Below are positions 1 to 11,077 of a stretch of DNA of 64,000 nucleotides, in pieces. The DNA comes from Piedraia hortae CBS 480.64 (Eukaryota), in the NCBI GenBank assembly GCA_010093745.1, contig MU005970.1, positions 6,138 through 70,137 of the forward strand, given 5' to 3'. The position numbers were made by a program, and so were the translations under genes. The first letter of the stretch is position 1. Each line of letters starts with the position of its first letter. The notes under the pieces are model-generated. The model did not search any database, was not told the origin of the DNA, and was given only the letters and a program-made list of their open reading frames with translations.

Positions 1-286
1 CGCGGAGCGGGCCAAGGCGAAGGAACTCTTCGGCACGTTCGATGCGCCAACAGAACTCGCACAGTCAATCATAGCCGTGCGATCCAATAACCCCCTCCAG
101 GCCGCACAACCAATCGACACCGGATCCAAGAAACAAAAACTTAAACTTAGCGAGACGGAAAAGAAGCGATTCGAGGACCTTTTACGCAAAGCATCCAGCA
201 TGAGCGAAATCGAAAGACTGGAGAAGATGATCAATGAAGGCCGTCTTCCCCCCGGCGTCGCCGACAACGAAATGGACGAAACATAA
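1..286 (+). CDS. LEA1: U2 snRNP protein A' (3' part; 5' end lies outside the window)
   Basis: Open frame from the window start: AERAKAKELFGTFDAPTELAQSII...LSETEKKRFEDLLRKASSMSEIERLEKMINEGRLP. This matches the conserved U2A' C-terminus. Confidence 0.85.
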   Translation, partial: AERAKAKELFGTFDAPTELAQSIIAVRSNNPLQAAQPIDTGSKKQKLKLSETEKKRFEDLLRKASSMSEIERLEKMINEGRLPPGVADNEMDET

Positions 287-417
287 CACTTCCCCCCCCT
301 CCCTTGTTCCCTCAAAAAAAAAAGGTAGCATTAAAACTAATTATCCCTTTTCCCACACTGATCATCGTAGCAGTTTCTTCCCGTCCTATCTTACACCCTT
401 CTTCCATCCCTCTTTCA

Positions 418-444
418 CATCATCATCATCATCATCATCATCAT
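418..444. repeat. (CAT)9 microsatellite between convergent 3' ends
   Basis: Directly visible trinucleotide run. Confidence 0.9.
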
Positions 445-448
445 CCCT

Positions 449-990
449 TTATTTCTCTGCCTCCCCATGGACTACCCCTTCGTCATCCGTACCAACAGCC
501 TGGTACCCATGCACTTTCTTAAAGCCATCACTAATCTGCCGAGTATGAGCCCTGACCTTTTCTGCAGCAGACGACCTCCGCCTTTGCCGTGGTGCTGAGG
601 GCAAAGAGTTATCGCCAGCGAGAACGTGGACGAAGAAGGTTGATGGATCGCCTCGTTCGGCGAATTGGCCAGACGGAGAGGAGCGTAAGGGCTGCAAGCT
701 CCTTATCATTCGCTGCGCGTCTTGACGGGATTTTTCGCGGAGCCTGGTTTGTCTGGTTTTTTGGTTAGTGGTTGGGTTGGGTGGGTTGGGAGGGAGAGAG
801 ACGTACTGTTCAGGGGAGATGCCGGGAAGGAGGAGGTCGTGGCGGATGGGGTTTGTTGGGTTGCTCTGTTGACTGGTTAGTTTTGTTTGATCGGTCGGTT
901 TTTTGGGAGGCGTACAATTGTGAGCTCCCGCGTTGGTGGACCGGAATAGAGAGGAATGCAGCTACAGAAAAGGTTGCGGAACCAGGACAT
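449..990 (-). CDS. Small 3-exon hypothetical protein (~145 aa) with N-terminal Cys and a CRIB-like ISNPTN motif
   Basis: Exons 990-916, 865-807 and 752-449. Introns GTACGC..CTAAC..CAG (915-866) and GTACGT..CTAAC..CAG (806-753) join in frame: MSWFRNLFCSCIPLYSGPPTRELTISNPTNPIRHDLLLPGISPEQQTRLREKSRQDAQRMIRSL... Confidence 0.7.
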
Positions 991-1186
991 GCTCTTTTTT
1001 GGTTCCTTAGGGATGGGTGGTGGGTTCTAATAGTTCAGACGAGATCTGAGACTTGAAAATGAGACAGGGAAAAAGTGAAAGAGAGACAAGAAGTAAAAAA
1101 GAAAGATGGTCAGTCCTTACTGGTGGGAAAACATCCCGTAGGAAATCAAACCCAAGGTTGCTGCATAACTAAGCCTTGCATAGTTT

Positions 1187-2596
1187 CTATTCTGAAAGAA
1201 ATTTGACGTGATAACTCTTGAGGCGCGAAAACTGTTCGTAGCCGAATGAGGATAAAGTCTGCCCTTTGCCACTGTCTTTCCATCCCACCCATGCAAGGTC
1301 CGGGCTGGGGAAGTCGCATCGGTTGACAAAGACCGTACCGGCCTCGATCCTGTCCGCCAGTCGCTCACCACATTCTGTATCCTTTGTCCAGATTGATGCT
1401 GTGAGACCGAATGAAGAGTCGTTCATGAGTCGCTCCGCTTCATCGTCCCCAGACACCGCCATGATGGGTATCACCGGCCCAAATGTCTCGTCGCGCATCA
1501 CCGACATGTCGTGCGTCACATTCGTGAGAACCGTCGGAGCGACGTAGTTGCCGCCTGATGGCGGGGATGTGAATGTTTTGTTCGCGGGGGTCACGTCCTT
1601 GGCGCCTTTTGTCTTTGCTGCGGCCACTTGCTCTGCGATGCGTTCGGCCGCCGCTTTGCTTACGACGGGTCCGACGTTTGTGGACTTCTCGTTGGGGTCG
1701 CCGAGAGCATATCCCTCCAAGACCTTTTGCACGGCTTTGACAAAGTCGTCGTGGATCTCCTTGGCAACGTACACGCGCTCGACTGAGCAGCATGACTGAC
1801 CAGAGTTGAAGACTGCGCCGTCAACGATTTGATCAGCTGCCCAGGCTACATCGACGTCTGAACGCACGTAGGCGGGATCCTTCCCGCCGAGCTCGAGCCC
1901 AACACGGCAGTCTACGCGTCCGGCGGCGGCTTCTTGCACGGCTAAACCTCCTGCCACGGACCCCGTGAAGCACACGAGCTGGATTTCTGCTGATTGGATG
2001 AGTTTCTCGATCTTACCAAAGTTTCCGCAGTGAAAGTATTGGATAACGTTCTTGGGCAGCCCGGCCTCGTTGAAGATGCCATGGATCCGTTCCACGACTG
2101 TAGGCGTCTGAGGACTCGGCTTGAGAATCACACTGTTGCCGCTCAGCAGGGCGGGAATCAGACTATTGACGAGAATGAGATAGGGGTAGTTCCATGCAAA
2201 AAGTACCAGGACGGGTCCGAGGGGGACTTTACGAACGTATCGTTTGAATCCCTTTTGCGCCTCCCCTGGTGTGTCTCTTAGACACTCGTCGCTAATCTTG
2301 AGCATGTACTCTCCCCTCGCCACTGCTGTGGTGATTTCGGCAGCTGCTGCGCTGATGGGTCGCCCCATCTGCTCCGTCAGCTCCTTTGCGAGTTCATCTT
2401 TGCGGCTGGTGATTAATTCCAGCGCTTTCTTGACAATCTTCTGCCTGTCCGCTAGGGACGTCTGGCGGAAGCTGAGGAAGGCGGCTTGGGCCGTCTTTGG
2501 GATATGCTTCAAGGCTTCGTCTGAAGGCTCTTGACGTTCGTAAATCCCCTTGTTAGTTACGGGAGAGATTGTGGTTATTTTCCCTTGTTCGCCCAT
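1187..2596 (-). CDS. Aldehyde dehydrogenase family protein
   Basis: Motifs AWNYP, LKPS, FTGS, LELGGKDP, FNSGQSCCS (catalytic Cys) and ETFGPV; intronless 469 aa. Confidence 0.95.
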   Translation of the reverse strand: MGEQGKITTISPVTNKGIYERQEPSDEALKHIPKTAQAAFLSFRQTSLADRQKIVKKALELITSRKDELAKELTEQMGRPISAAAAEITTAVARGEYMLKISDECLRDTPGEAQKGFKRYVRKVPLGPVLVLFAWNYPYLILVNSLIPALLSGNSVILKPSPQTPTVVERIHGIFNEAGLPKNVIQYFHCGNFGKIEKLIQSAEIQLVCFTGSVAGGLAVQEAAAGRVDCRVGLELGGKDPAYVRSDVDVAWAADQIVDGAVFNSGQSCCSVERVYVAKEIHDDFVKAVQKVLEGYALGDPNEKSTNVGPVVSKAAAERIAEQVAAAKTKGAKDVTPANKTFTSPPSGGNYVAPTVLTNVTHDMSVMRDETFGPVIPIMAVSGDDEAERLMNDSSFGLTASIWTKDTECGERLADRIEAGTVFVNRCDFPSPDLAWVGWKDSGKGQTLSSFGYEQFSRLKSYHVKFLSE

Positions 2597-3055
2597 TGTT
2601 GATTGCTGTGTCTGGTGGGGAAAGCTTTTATCTCACCGCTAATAATGGCATCACTAGCGAACTATCTTGCATGATACACATCTTCATGTGAGCCGGGGAC
2701 CATCTTCCATCTTCATACTACTAGTACAAGATCATGCTAGGTCTATAGTCTAAGGATGAAACCCGCTTTGGGCATTTGTAGTGCGCCTTTTGAGCCAATA
2801 AAGGAGCTTCCAGACAAGGCGTCAAAGGGTCGGCATCTCGCAATTCCCCTTTTACCATATCATCTGTCACCACGTGTTTCTCACCTGTCAACATGAACCC
2901 TATGCACCTGTCACCTATTATTCACACCGATACAGCCTGCTCCGTATATATTAGATATACCTTAAGATATCCAAGTGATTCTGGCGAATGACGTAGGCGC
3001 GTCAAAGCTCTGAAGTCGCGACAAAAACCTCCGAGCCTTCCAACAAACGTTTCCT

Positions 3056-3061
<6 letters not shown>

Positions 3062-3091
<30 letters not shown>
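3062..3091. repeat. (CT)15 microsatellite in the 5' leader of the NADH dehydrogenase gene
   Basis: Directly visible, ending 10 nt upstream of the ATG. Confidence 0.9.
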
Positions 3092-3096
<5 letters not shown>

Positions 3097-3101
3097 ACAT
3101 C

Positions 3102-5145
3102 ATGCTTGCTCTGCGCCATGGCGCACGGTGTCTGAGGCGACCTCACAATGTTGTTCTCACACCGTTAACGTTGTCCAGATTCACAAATCGCTCATTGGCG
3201 ACATCATCAAAGCAGATAAGCGCTCAGAAACTTATCTCGAATTCACGACAGCTACGCTGGGCTTCGACTACTGCTACCCCAAAGACAAAACGGTACAAAT
3301 CCATATTCACGCGTGTTCTTGCTTCGTTTGGCCTCTTTGTGCTCACATCTGGCGGTCTGGTGGTCGCATTCTTCCTCTATGATGCTTCCACGTACAGAGA
3401 AGACGGCCATGATGTGCAGATCCCAGTCTCTGCATACGCGCTTTCTCCACGAAGGGGTGGACCTGAGAACTTGCCCATTGCTGAGTACCTGGTTGATGAT
3501 GATGAGCCCCAGCTAAGGGACCAAAAACATAAGCCAAAGCTGGTGATTCTGGGAACAGGATGGGGCAGTGTAGCCATGTTGAAAACGTTGAACCCTGGCG
3601 ATTACCATGTTACAGTCGTCAGCCCCAGCAACCACTTCCTATTCACGCCTATGCTGCCAAGCGCGACAGTTGGGACGCTCGAGTTCCGCAGCCTGACGGA
3701 GCCCGTTAGACATATCATCAAGAAAATAAAAGGCCATTTCCTAAAAGCTGAGGCTGTGGATATTGACTTCAAAGAGAAGCTGCTCAAGGTGGAGGGCGAC
3801 GGCATCAATGGCGAAAAGCAGCAGTTCTACATTCCCTACGACAAGCTGGTCATTGGAGTAGGATCCATGACCAACCCACACGGCGTCAAGGGTTTGGAGA
3901 ACTGCCATTGCCTCAAAAGCATCAGTGACGCTCGTAAAATCCGCAATGCCGTAATCCAGAACCTGGAAGAGGCATGTCTACCCACCACCAGTGACGAGGA
4001 TAGGCGTAGACTTCTCTCGTTTGTCGTCTGCGGCGGCGGCCCTACTGGCGTCGAATTTGCCGCCGAGCTCTACGACATGTTGAGCGAAGATCTCAGCATG
4101 TTCTACCCACACATACTCGGCAACGAATTCGCCGTCAGCATTATTCAAAGCAGAGGCCACATCCTCAACACCTACGACCAAGCACTAAGCGAGTACGCCG
4201 AGGCGCGTTTCTCCCACGAGCACGTAGACGTCCACACCAACGCCCGCGTGCAAGAAGTCCTACCAGACCGCATCCGCTTCTCCCAAAAGACTGCCGACGG
4301 CAAAATCATCAACAAAGAACTCCCAATGGGCTTCTGCCTCTGGTCCACCGGCGTATCCCAAACGCCGTTTAGCCAAAAACTCGCCTCCAAACTCGGCGAG
4401 TCCCAAACCAACCGCCACGCCTTGGAAACCGACTCCCATCTACGCCTTGCCGGCGCACCTCTAGGCGACGTCTACGCCATTGGCGACTGCAGCACCGTGC
4501 AGAACAACATATCCGACCACATCGTATCATTCCTCCGAAGCCTCGCCTGGGAAAAAGGCCTGGACCCTTCCAAAATGCAAATCACATACCCCGAATGGCG
4601 CAAGGTAGCAAAATCCGTCCGTGGACGTTTTCCCCAAGCGTCAGAACACCTCCATCGCCTAGACTGGCTGTTTGAACAATACGACAAGGACAAGAGCGGA
4701 ACCCTCGATTTCGGCGAGCTCAGCGAACTTCTCAGACAAATCGACTCAAAACTGACCAGTCTCCCCGCTACCGCCCAGAGGGCAAACCAGCAGGGCATGT
4801 ATCTTGGAAAGAAATTCAATAGGCTCGCTTGCGCGGACCCGACTACGCTAGGGGAAGGCGATCCCGATGCGGCGGTGTACAAGGCGTTTGAGTACAAACA
4901 CGCGGGCAGTCTGGCGTATGTGGGCAATGCGGCGATTTTTGATATCAACGGGATGAACTTCAAAGGGGGGCTGTTGGCCGTGTACCTTTGGAGGAGCGTT
5001 TACTTTGCTCAATCTGTCAGTTTCAGAACTCGTGTTCTGCTCATGATGGATTGGACGAAACGGACGCTGTTTGGGAGAGGTATGTTCTTCTTATCTTTAA
5101 ACTGTATGTTTACTGATTACTGCTACAGATATGATGAATTACTAG
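3102..5145 (+). CDS. Mitochondrial type II (alternative, external) NAD(P)H dehydrogenase with EF-hand, NDE-1-like
   Basis: Arg-rich presequence, two Rossmann motifs (LVILGTGWG, VVCGGGPTGVE), EF-hand DKDKSGTLDFGE, ATAQRA. Intron 5080-5128 (GTATGT..CTGAT..CAG) gives the terminus LFGRDMMNY*. Confidence 0.93.
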
Positions 5146-5174
5146 TCTTAGAGCTTTGTACCAAATTGTTGTTC

Positions 5175-6918
5175 CTACAGGATTCTATGAGGAGGAGGTT
5201 GAGGGGGAGCGTTTTCTTCTGGATCTCGCTCTTTCGCAACGCGATTCACCTCCTCCTGTCGTTCTTTCCTCTGTTTCGCTAGTAATGGCGAGACGCCGAT
5301 CAACTTCCCGTCTGGCAATGACGCACCAAGACCGTTCATCTTTGGGTCTGGGAACCCGAAATAGAACGGAACAGTTTGACCCGTTCGTCTCGCGCCTTGT
5401 TCGATCGTAGGCGGGTGAACCCACCACTGTTCCGTCCGCAGGGCCCCGTCCTCGCCCATTTCCTCGCGGTAATCCCCTTCTGTGCCCTTGAATGTCCGCG
5501 CCGTGAACCTCCGAGGGATGAGCTCGCTGCTGCCGCTACTTTGGGGCAACATCTTGGACACAGTCTCGGCAATGACCCACTGTGCCTTTTCGCCTGCGCG
5601 ACCGGGGACCTCGTCTGAGGAAATCTCAACGTAGCCGTCCGCGCTGGGGACAAAGTGTCGTGCAGGGAGGACTTCAATGTCGATTATGGGGAGGATGCGG
5701 TGGTAGATATCGTGGGTGTGGATCTCGCGCGTGATTTCCTCGTGGAGGATCTCGTGCGTTTGGGTTTCGATGGTGTGGTGTGTCACCGCCGGTGCCCAGC
5801 GTTCGTGAAGGGTGTAGGATTCGGTGTCGTGGGTTGGGATCATGTCCGAGCTTGTGTCTGCTGCGGCCATGTCTCTTTTGATGGACGGAGCGGGCCCTGC
5901 CAGGCTAGCTGGTTTCAGGGTTGGACTATCTTCGTAGGCTGGTGGCTGCGGTTCGGCGAATTTCAGCGTTGGACTGTCTTGCTGAAATTGGTTCTGTGCG
6001 GAAGTATTGAGAGCTGGGGCACTTTGCTGATATCGTGGAGCCTGGCTGGTCGCGACCTTGCCCCTTTCGCTGGCTCTAGGCATTGTCTTCAGCGGTGCGA
6101 CGTATTGCTGGCAGGATGCGTCCTGACCGGTTCCCTGGTTGAGTCCCTCACCGGTTCTCGACATTGCTCCCAGTGTTGAGCCGCCTGGCTGAGATGGGAC
6201 CTGATCGCGCGCCAAAGGGTTAGCTTCGCCAGCCTTGCATACGGTCGGCATTGAAAGGTTTTGGTTGTCCAATGTTTCGCGTCCAGCAGCACGCACAAAG
6301 GCCCGCTGTGACCCATCTGTCTGACGCCCTGCACCCTCCCGCTCGCTAATTTGTCCTACTCGTGGTGCCCGGTCAATCCTTTCATCGGAAGACACCTGGC
6401 GAGGCCCTGTAGCGTCTCGCGGAGGTGTCCCACCAACAATGGGCAGAGCCTGACCAACTGCTGGTGATGGCGCAGCCTGTCCCCCAGGAATTGAGGGCAA
6501 GGGCTTATCGAGACTGCTGCGAGGCGCATGTCGTTTTCCATTGTCCGCCACGCGCGATGCCTGTGTTACAGGCAAACCATGACCTGGCTTTGGAAACCGA
6601 CTGGCAGTCGATGGCTCGGCGTCCAAGTTGCGATCAGCCACGTCCTCGCTGTGAGGTAGATGGTCTACCGCGCTCCGCTTGAACGGCTGCAAATTTTCCG
6701 CATCATCTGTTACCCTTGTAGGACTTTGAGACGCGCGAGGGTCTGTTCGTTAGTAGGCCTCTTGGTAGCTCATTTGCGCGGTGAATACCTAAATGGAGGA
6801 ATTCTCGAAGCGACTTCTTGTGCGCATGATTGCTCGTTGTTTCATGATCAATTGCAGAAGTTTCGTCGTTCTTGTGGAGCAGACGGTGGATGCGCTCCCG
6901 CGTACTACTGCCTGTCAT
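5175..6918 (-). CDS. Hypothetical protein containing a fungal His-rich 'allergen'-type motif
   Basis: Exon 1 (6918-6789) and intron 6788-6743 (GTATTC..CTAAC..CAG) join the 505-aa ORF in frame. Motif WAPAVTHHTIETQTHEILHEEITREIHTHDIYHRILPIIDIEVLPARH. Confidence 0.75.
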
Positions 6919-6948
6919 TGTAGACTCCAGTGACAGCTACAATGGACA

Positions 6949-7439
6949 TTACGTCAAGGCTGATGGGCAGCCCGCGCGCCATGACGTCAGAGGCAACCAG
7001 AGTCTATTCCACGCTACAGACATCAACCTGATCTGCCAACTCTATTCATATTGATGATGGCTGGTCGATCATTCAACGGCCAAGTCGAACCAACCATTTG
7101 AATTCCGAGGCTGGGACCATGGCAACGCCAGTCACTCAATGCTGCGACCTTAACCATTCCGTGCTTCACCTGGTGACGTCAAGAAATGACTGTCATACGT
7201 GATAATTCGAGTCTCCGGATAGCCCATGAACAACCAGACTCCTTTGTGTGAACACTGTTCCTGATTCAGGAAGATTTTCTTTCTACGGGCCCTTGTTCAG
7301 GAGACAGCTGTTTCAATCATGACGTTTTGATCCACGTCAAACGTCCATGTAAGAACCTCATTCACACGCGTTTGGTGGCGGCGCAAAGCCTGTTGTAGCA
7401 GGCTCTACCATTGGCTGGGTAACAGTGATAATTACATCA
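6949..7439. promoter_or_regulatory. Cluster of CRE/ATF-like (bZIP) sites in a divergent promoter
   Basis: TTACGTCA 6949, TGACGTCA 6982, TGACGTCA 7174, TGACGT 7320, ACGTCA 7334, TTACATCA 7432. Confidence 0.55.
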
Positions 7440-7572
7440 TGTACCTCTTGCGTCATTGACCTATGACGCGGCGGGGTAGCTTCTTGTATTTAGTCCAAGG
7501 CAAACTCTTCCTCCAACCTACTCCTTTGCACAACCTTCTCCAGATCCCTTTACACTTTATCAGCAATACACC

Positions 7573-9164
7573 ATGGAACACGCTAAAGCTGCCGTCAAGG
7601 ACTTCATGGGCAAAAGTGGCCACAATGACACCACTGTCCATGAGCGTGTCGCCCCGGCTGTTACGCACGAAACGATTGAGCGTCAGCAGCACGAGCAGGT
7701 GCAGACTGCGCTCGACAAAGAGATCCACCAGGACCACTACCACACGTCGGTCCAGCCCATCGTTGATAAGAATGTGCTCCCTGAGCAGCACCACTCCCGT
7801 GTAGCTCCGGTCGAGCACCGCTCTTTCGAGCACGACAACCCCGAGAAGGTCCAGCAGGCCTTGCAGGCTGAGCAGGCCAAGTTCCGTGACACTACTGAGC
7901 ACGTTCAAGGCCGCTCTACTACTTCGGCTGGCCCCACTCTTGCTGGGCAGCATACGCACCACCATGTGCATGAGACCATTCAGCCCGTTGTTAACAAGCG
8001 TAAGTTTGATGTGGTATTCTCTAAGCACGGCTGACTTTGCCAGAAACCATTGAGCCTCACGTCGTTCATACCACGGTCCCTGTTCACGAGGTGCACCACA
8101 ATGCTGCCCAGCACCATGCCACTTCTGCTCTCCCGGCTGTGAGCATGAGCGAATTCAAGCAGCAGGGCGGTGTCCTGCATGGCCGTGAGGAGCGCCAGGA
8201 TGGCTTCCAGGGCGAGCCCCGTGCCCTCAGTGGTGCTACCGCAGGTACTACTGGTACTACTGGCCTCCACGGCACTCATGGTACTCATGGCACTCATACT
8301 ACTCACGGCACTCACGGCACTCACGGCGCCGCAGGTGCTGGTGCTGCAGGTGCCGGTGCCACCGGTCTTGCGGGAGCTGCTGCATCGCACCACAACAAGA
8401 AGCACACCTCCGGCCGTCGTTCGAGCTCTAGCTCTTCGTCCAGCTCTGACGGCAAGGGTGGACGTGTCAAGCGCAGTGCCAAGAACAAGCTCGCTGGTGC
8501 TGCTACTGGCGCCGCTTGCTCTCGCGGTGTTCACGGCTCTCACACTGGAACTGGTGTTGACCCTGCCCTGGCCGGTACCACTGGTGCTGGCGTAGGCGCT
8601 GCTGGCGTGGCTGCTGGAACTCACGGCCATCACGGTACTCATGGATCTCACACTGGAGTTGGCTCTGGCGTGCCAGGAACGCACGGCTCGCACACTGGTA
8701 CCGGCGTTACGGGCTCTAACACTGGCTACGGCTCGACTAGCGGTGTCCCTGGACAGACTGGGACTGGCGTGACCGGCACTGCCGGCTCTAACACCGGCTA
8801 CGGCACGACCGGCTCCAACACCGGCTACGGCACGACCGGCTCTAACACTGGCTACGGCACGACCGGCTCCAACACTGGCTATGGTACGACCGGCACGCAT
8901 GGAACTGGCGTTACCGGCTCTGGCGTGCCTGGCACCCATGGCTCGCACACTGGAACAGGAGCTACTGGTTCTGGCTTGACTGGTTCCGGCGTTACCGGCA
9001 CTCATGGCTCGCACGTGGGCTCTGGTGCTACTGGTGCCGGTGTTGGAACCGCTGCCGGAACGGGCGTCGGCTCAACCGCAACCCACCAGAAGCCGTCGCT
9101 CTTGGACAAGCTCAACCCGCTGAAGGATGCGGACGGTGATGGCCAGAAGGGATTCATGAAATGA
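7573..9164 (+). CDS. His-rich 'allergen'-domain protein with a Gly/Thr/His-rich hydrophilin/dehydrin-like tail
   Basis: N-terminal APAVTHETI..EIHQDHYHTSVQP..HHHVHETIQPVV domain. Intron 8000-8043 (GTAAGT..CTGAC..CAG). C-terminus KPSLLDKLNPLKDADGDGQKGFMK. Confidence 0.85.
8784..8891 (+). repeat. Coding tandem repeat, 4 x 27 nt (GSNTGYGTT)
   Basis: ggctc(t/c)aacac(c/t)ggcta(c/t)gg(c/t)acgacc repeated four times. Confidence 0.9.
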
Positions 9165-9307
9165 ACGACTCGTGATGAATGATAGAACATGGCAATGAGG
9201 TTTGTGTTTGACGTAGCAGTACTAGCAGATACCCTACGATTGTACTGCCCTTTTTATTCCTTGTAACCCTTTCGAGTCTTGTTCTTTACCCTCGCATCCC
9301 TTTGTCC

Positions 9308-10684
9308 TCATGCCTCGTAGCCTTCTGTCTTCATGTCTCTTAGCCCGAGGTCCTCATCTTCCTGCTGCGTACGCTCGTAATCTTCTACCGTTATCTGCGG
9401 ATCCTCCTTGTCATCTGTGAGCTTTTGCACGTATGAGCCTGCTAGTGGATCTTGGAGAGTCAATGTGAACTGGCGTTTGCCTGCCACAGCTTCGTCTAGG
9501 CCCGCGAAGAAATCATCCCACGATTTTTTTGTCTCGGTCAACATGGAGTCTGTTGTGCTTTTATCACCGCCAAAAGCCTGATTTGAGAGATCCTCCCGCA
9601 TCTGAGTCAGGATACCCTCGACGGTGGTGAATCTCCCGCCCATCGTCCCAGGCTGGACATGCAGCCGCAGCTCCGGACAAATAAGTGTTGCGCTTTCTCC
9701 CTTGAGAATATCCCTGTCAAGGTCCTCCGGCTTCTCCACCCGCAGGCGTATCCTCTTTCCCTTCTCCGGCACCTCCCCACCCGTCTTGACCTCATTAGAC
9801 TTATACCCACAATGCTCGCACACTGAGGACATCAACACCACCTGCTTAAAGTGAGGAATATTGACCATCTTCATATTCGTCTCGCACGGTCTCGTACACG
9901 CCGAGCATGAAGCCGGGAACGTATAGACATGATTCTCCACAATATCCTCCTCGCCCTTGTCATCCCCCCCAACAGTCCTCATCTCCCGCTGCGGCATTTC
10001 CGGAACCATGTCATGCGCCTTATACTCCCCCCCACCCGCAAAATTCCGTTCCTCCCCCTCTCCAATCCCCAACAACCTATTCTGCTCCTTGGAGCGGGTA
10101 TACTCCTTCTGACTAAGTCTCCCCTCCCCCTCACCCACTCTCGGCTCAATCCACGAGTTTCCAGCGGGATCATCAACTGAAACCGTAAACGGACACCCCG
10201 TCCCCTCGGGCTGCACCAACCCGCGAAGCCTTTCGATCACTCCCGCAACCTTCTCCGCAACCTCAGGTAAACTCTCCCTCCTCTGTTCCTGAAACATCTC
10301 CAAATCATCCGCTACACTCCTCACCATCCCCTCCACATTCGTATACCTCCCTTTCCCATTCGACGGGGCAGTTAGATCTAATTCCTCGATCCGGAACGTC
10401 GCGGTCTCGGTCTTGATCACGCTGCGTTGGAGATCGCTCGCGTCTTCGACTTTGAGGGTTACGGTTTTTCCCAACGGAGAGATTTTTCCGGTCGATTGGA
10501 CTTCGTTGTCGCTATGGCCGCATGCGGGACAGCTGAAGGAGGAAATCACGCAGCTCCCGAAGTATGGGATGCTAGTTAGGAGGAGCTTCGTCACGCCGGA
10601 TTCGGAGCCGCAGGAGAGGCAGAGGGATTGGATCTCGGAGATAGGTTGTCCGTCCGTGTGCGCTTGTGTGTCGGTGGTGGCCAT
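9308..10684 (-). CDS. ZPR1: Zinc finger protein ZPR1
   Basis: Two ZPR1 modules: CLSC..LLLTSIPYF..CPAC and CSAC..IPHFKQVVLMSSVCEHCGYKSNEVKTGG; also DDPAGNSW and GRFTTVEG. Confidence 0.95.
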   Translation of the reverse strand: MATTDTQAHTDGQPISEIQSLCLSCGSESGVTKLLLTSIPYFGSCVISSFSCPACGHSDNEVQSTGKISPLGKTVTLKVEDASDLQRSVIKTETATFRIEELDLTAPSNGKGRYTNVEGMVRSVADDLEMFQEQRRESLPEVAEKVAGVIERLRGLVQPEGTGCPFTVSVDDPAGNSWIEPRVGEGEGRLSQKEYTRSKEQNRLLGIGEGEERNFAGGGEYKAHDMVPEMPQREMRTVGGDDKGEEDIVENHVYTFPASCSACTRPCETNMKMVNIPHFKQVVLMSSVCEHCGYKSNEVKTGGEVPEKGKRIRLRVEKPEDLDRDILKGESATLICPELRLHVQPGTMGGRFTTVEGILTQMREDLSNQAFGGDKSTTDSMLTETKKSWDDFFAGLDEAVAGKRQFTLTLQDPLAGSYVQKLTDDKEDPQITVEDYERTQQEDEDLGLRDMKTEGYEA

Positions 10685-10958
10685 TTTTGAGAAAGGTGGA
10701 TGTTGGTTTTTTGTCGTTTTGGTTTTGTCTTTGGGGTTCTTCTTGAAGATTCGTACTTTTTTGGACTTTTTGGGGTGATGTCACTGTGGAAGCGTCGAGA
10801 AGATGTGGGGTATGGGTAGTGGGGTCTGTGTCGAAAAGTCAGCCGCGAGATGTCATTTGAGCTTGAGGTTTGAATTGTTTGATTGCCAGGCTATCCAGCT
10901 GCGAGAGTTGCAGATCAACTTGGCTACACGCTGGACATGCAAAAAAAAAAAAAACAAA

Positions 10959-11077
10959 ACTTACAGCAGCGGGGATTCCCACGTGGTCACCCACCGTAGT
11001 ACTAATCCGCCGGTTTGCAGCTTGAGTTCAGGAGAGCGGACGGGATCCTCTGTTCTCTGCAACCTATGGCCGTAAGT
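10959..11077 (-). rRNA. Dispersed 5S rRNA gene
   Basis: ACTTACGGCCATAGG...GATCCCGTCCGCTC...GATTAGTACTACGGTGGGTGACCACGTGGGAATCCCCGCTGCTGTAAGT (119 nt). Helix I closes. A poly-T Pol III terminator follows and a TATA-like element lies ~25-30 nt upstream. Confidence 0.96.

Noticed and set aside
234..548. Poly-His and poly-Ser ORFs
   Set aside because: Produced by the (CAT)9 microsatellite in 3' UTR sequence.
5080..5282. Apparent CDS overlap between the NADH dehydrogenase ORF and the opposite gene
   Set aside because: Artefact of reading through the terminal intron; the spliced CDS ends at 5145.
8784..8891. Regular repeats as a possible CRISPR-like array
   Set aside because: Head-to-tail coding repeats with no spacers, in a eukaryotic gene.
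7453..9014. Long minus-strand ORFs (191 aa and 344 aa)
   Set aside because: Antisense shadows of the strongly codon-biased, repetitive allergen/dehydrin-like gene.
10803..11075. 90-aa plus-strand ORF
   Set aside because: Antisense to the 5S rRNA gene and its terminator.
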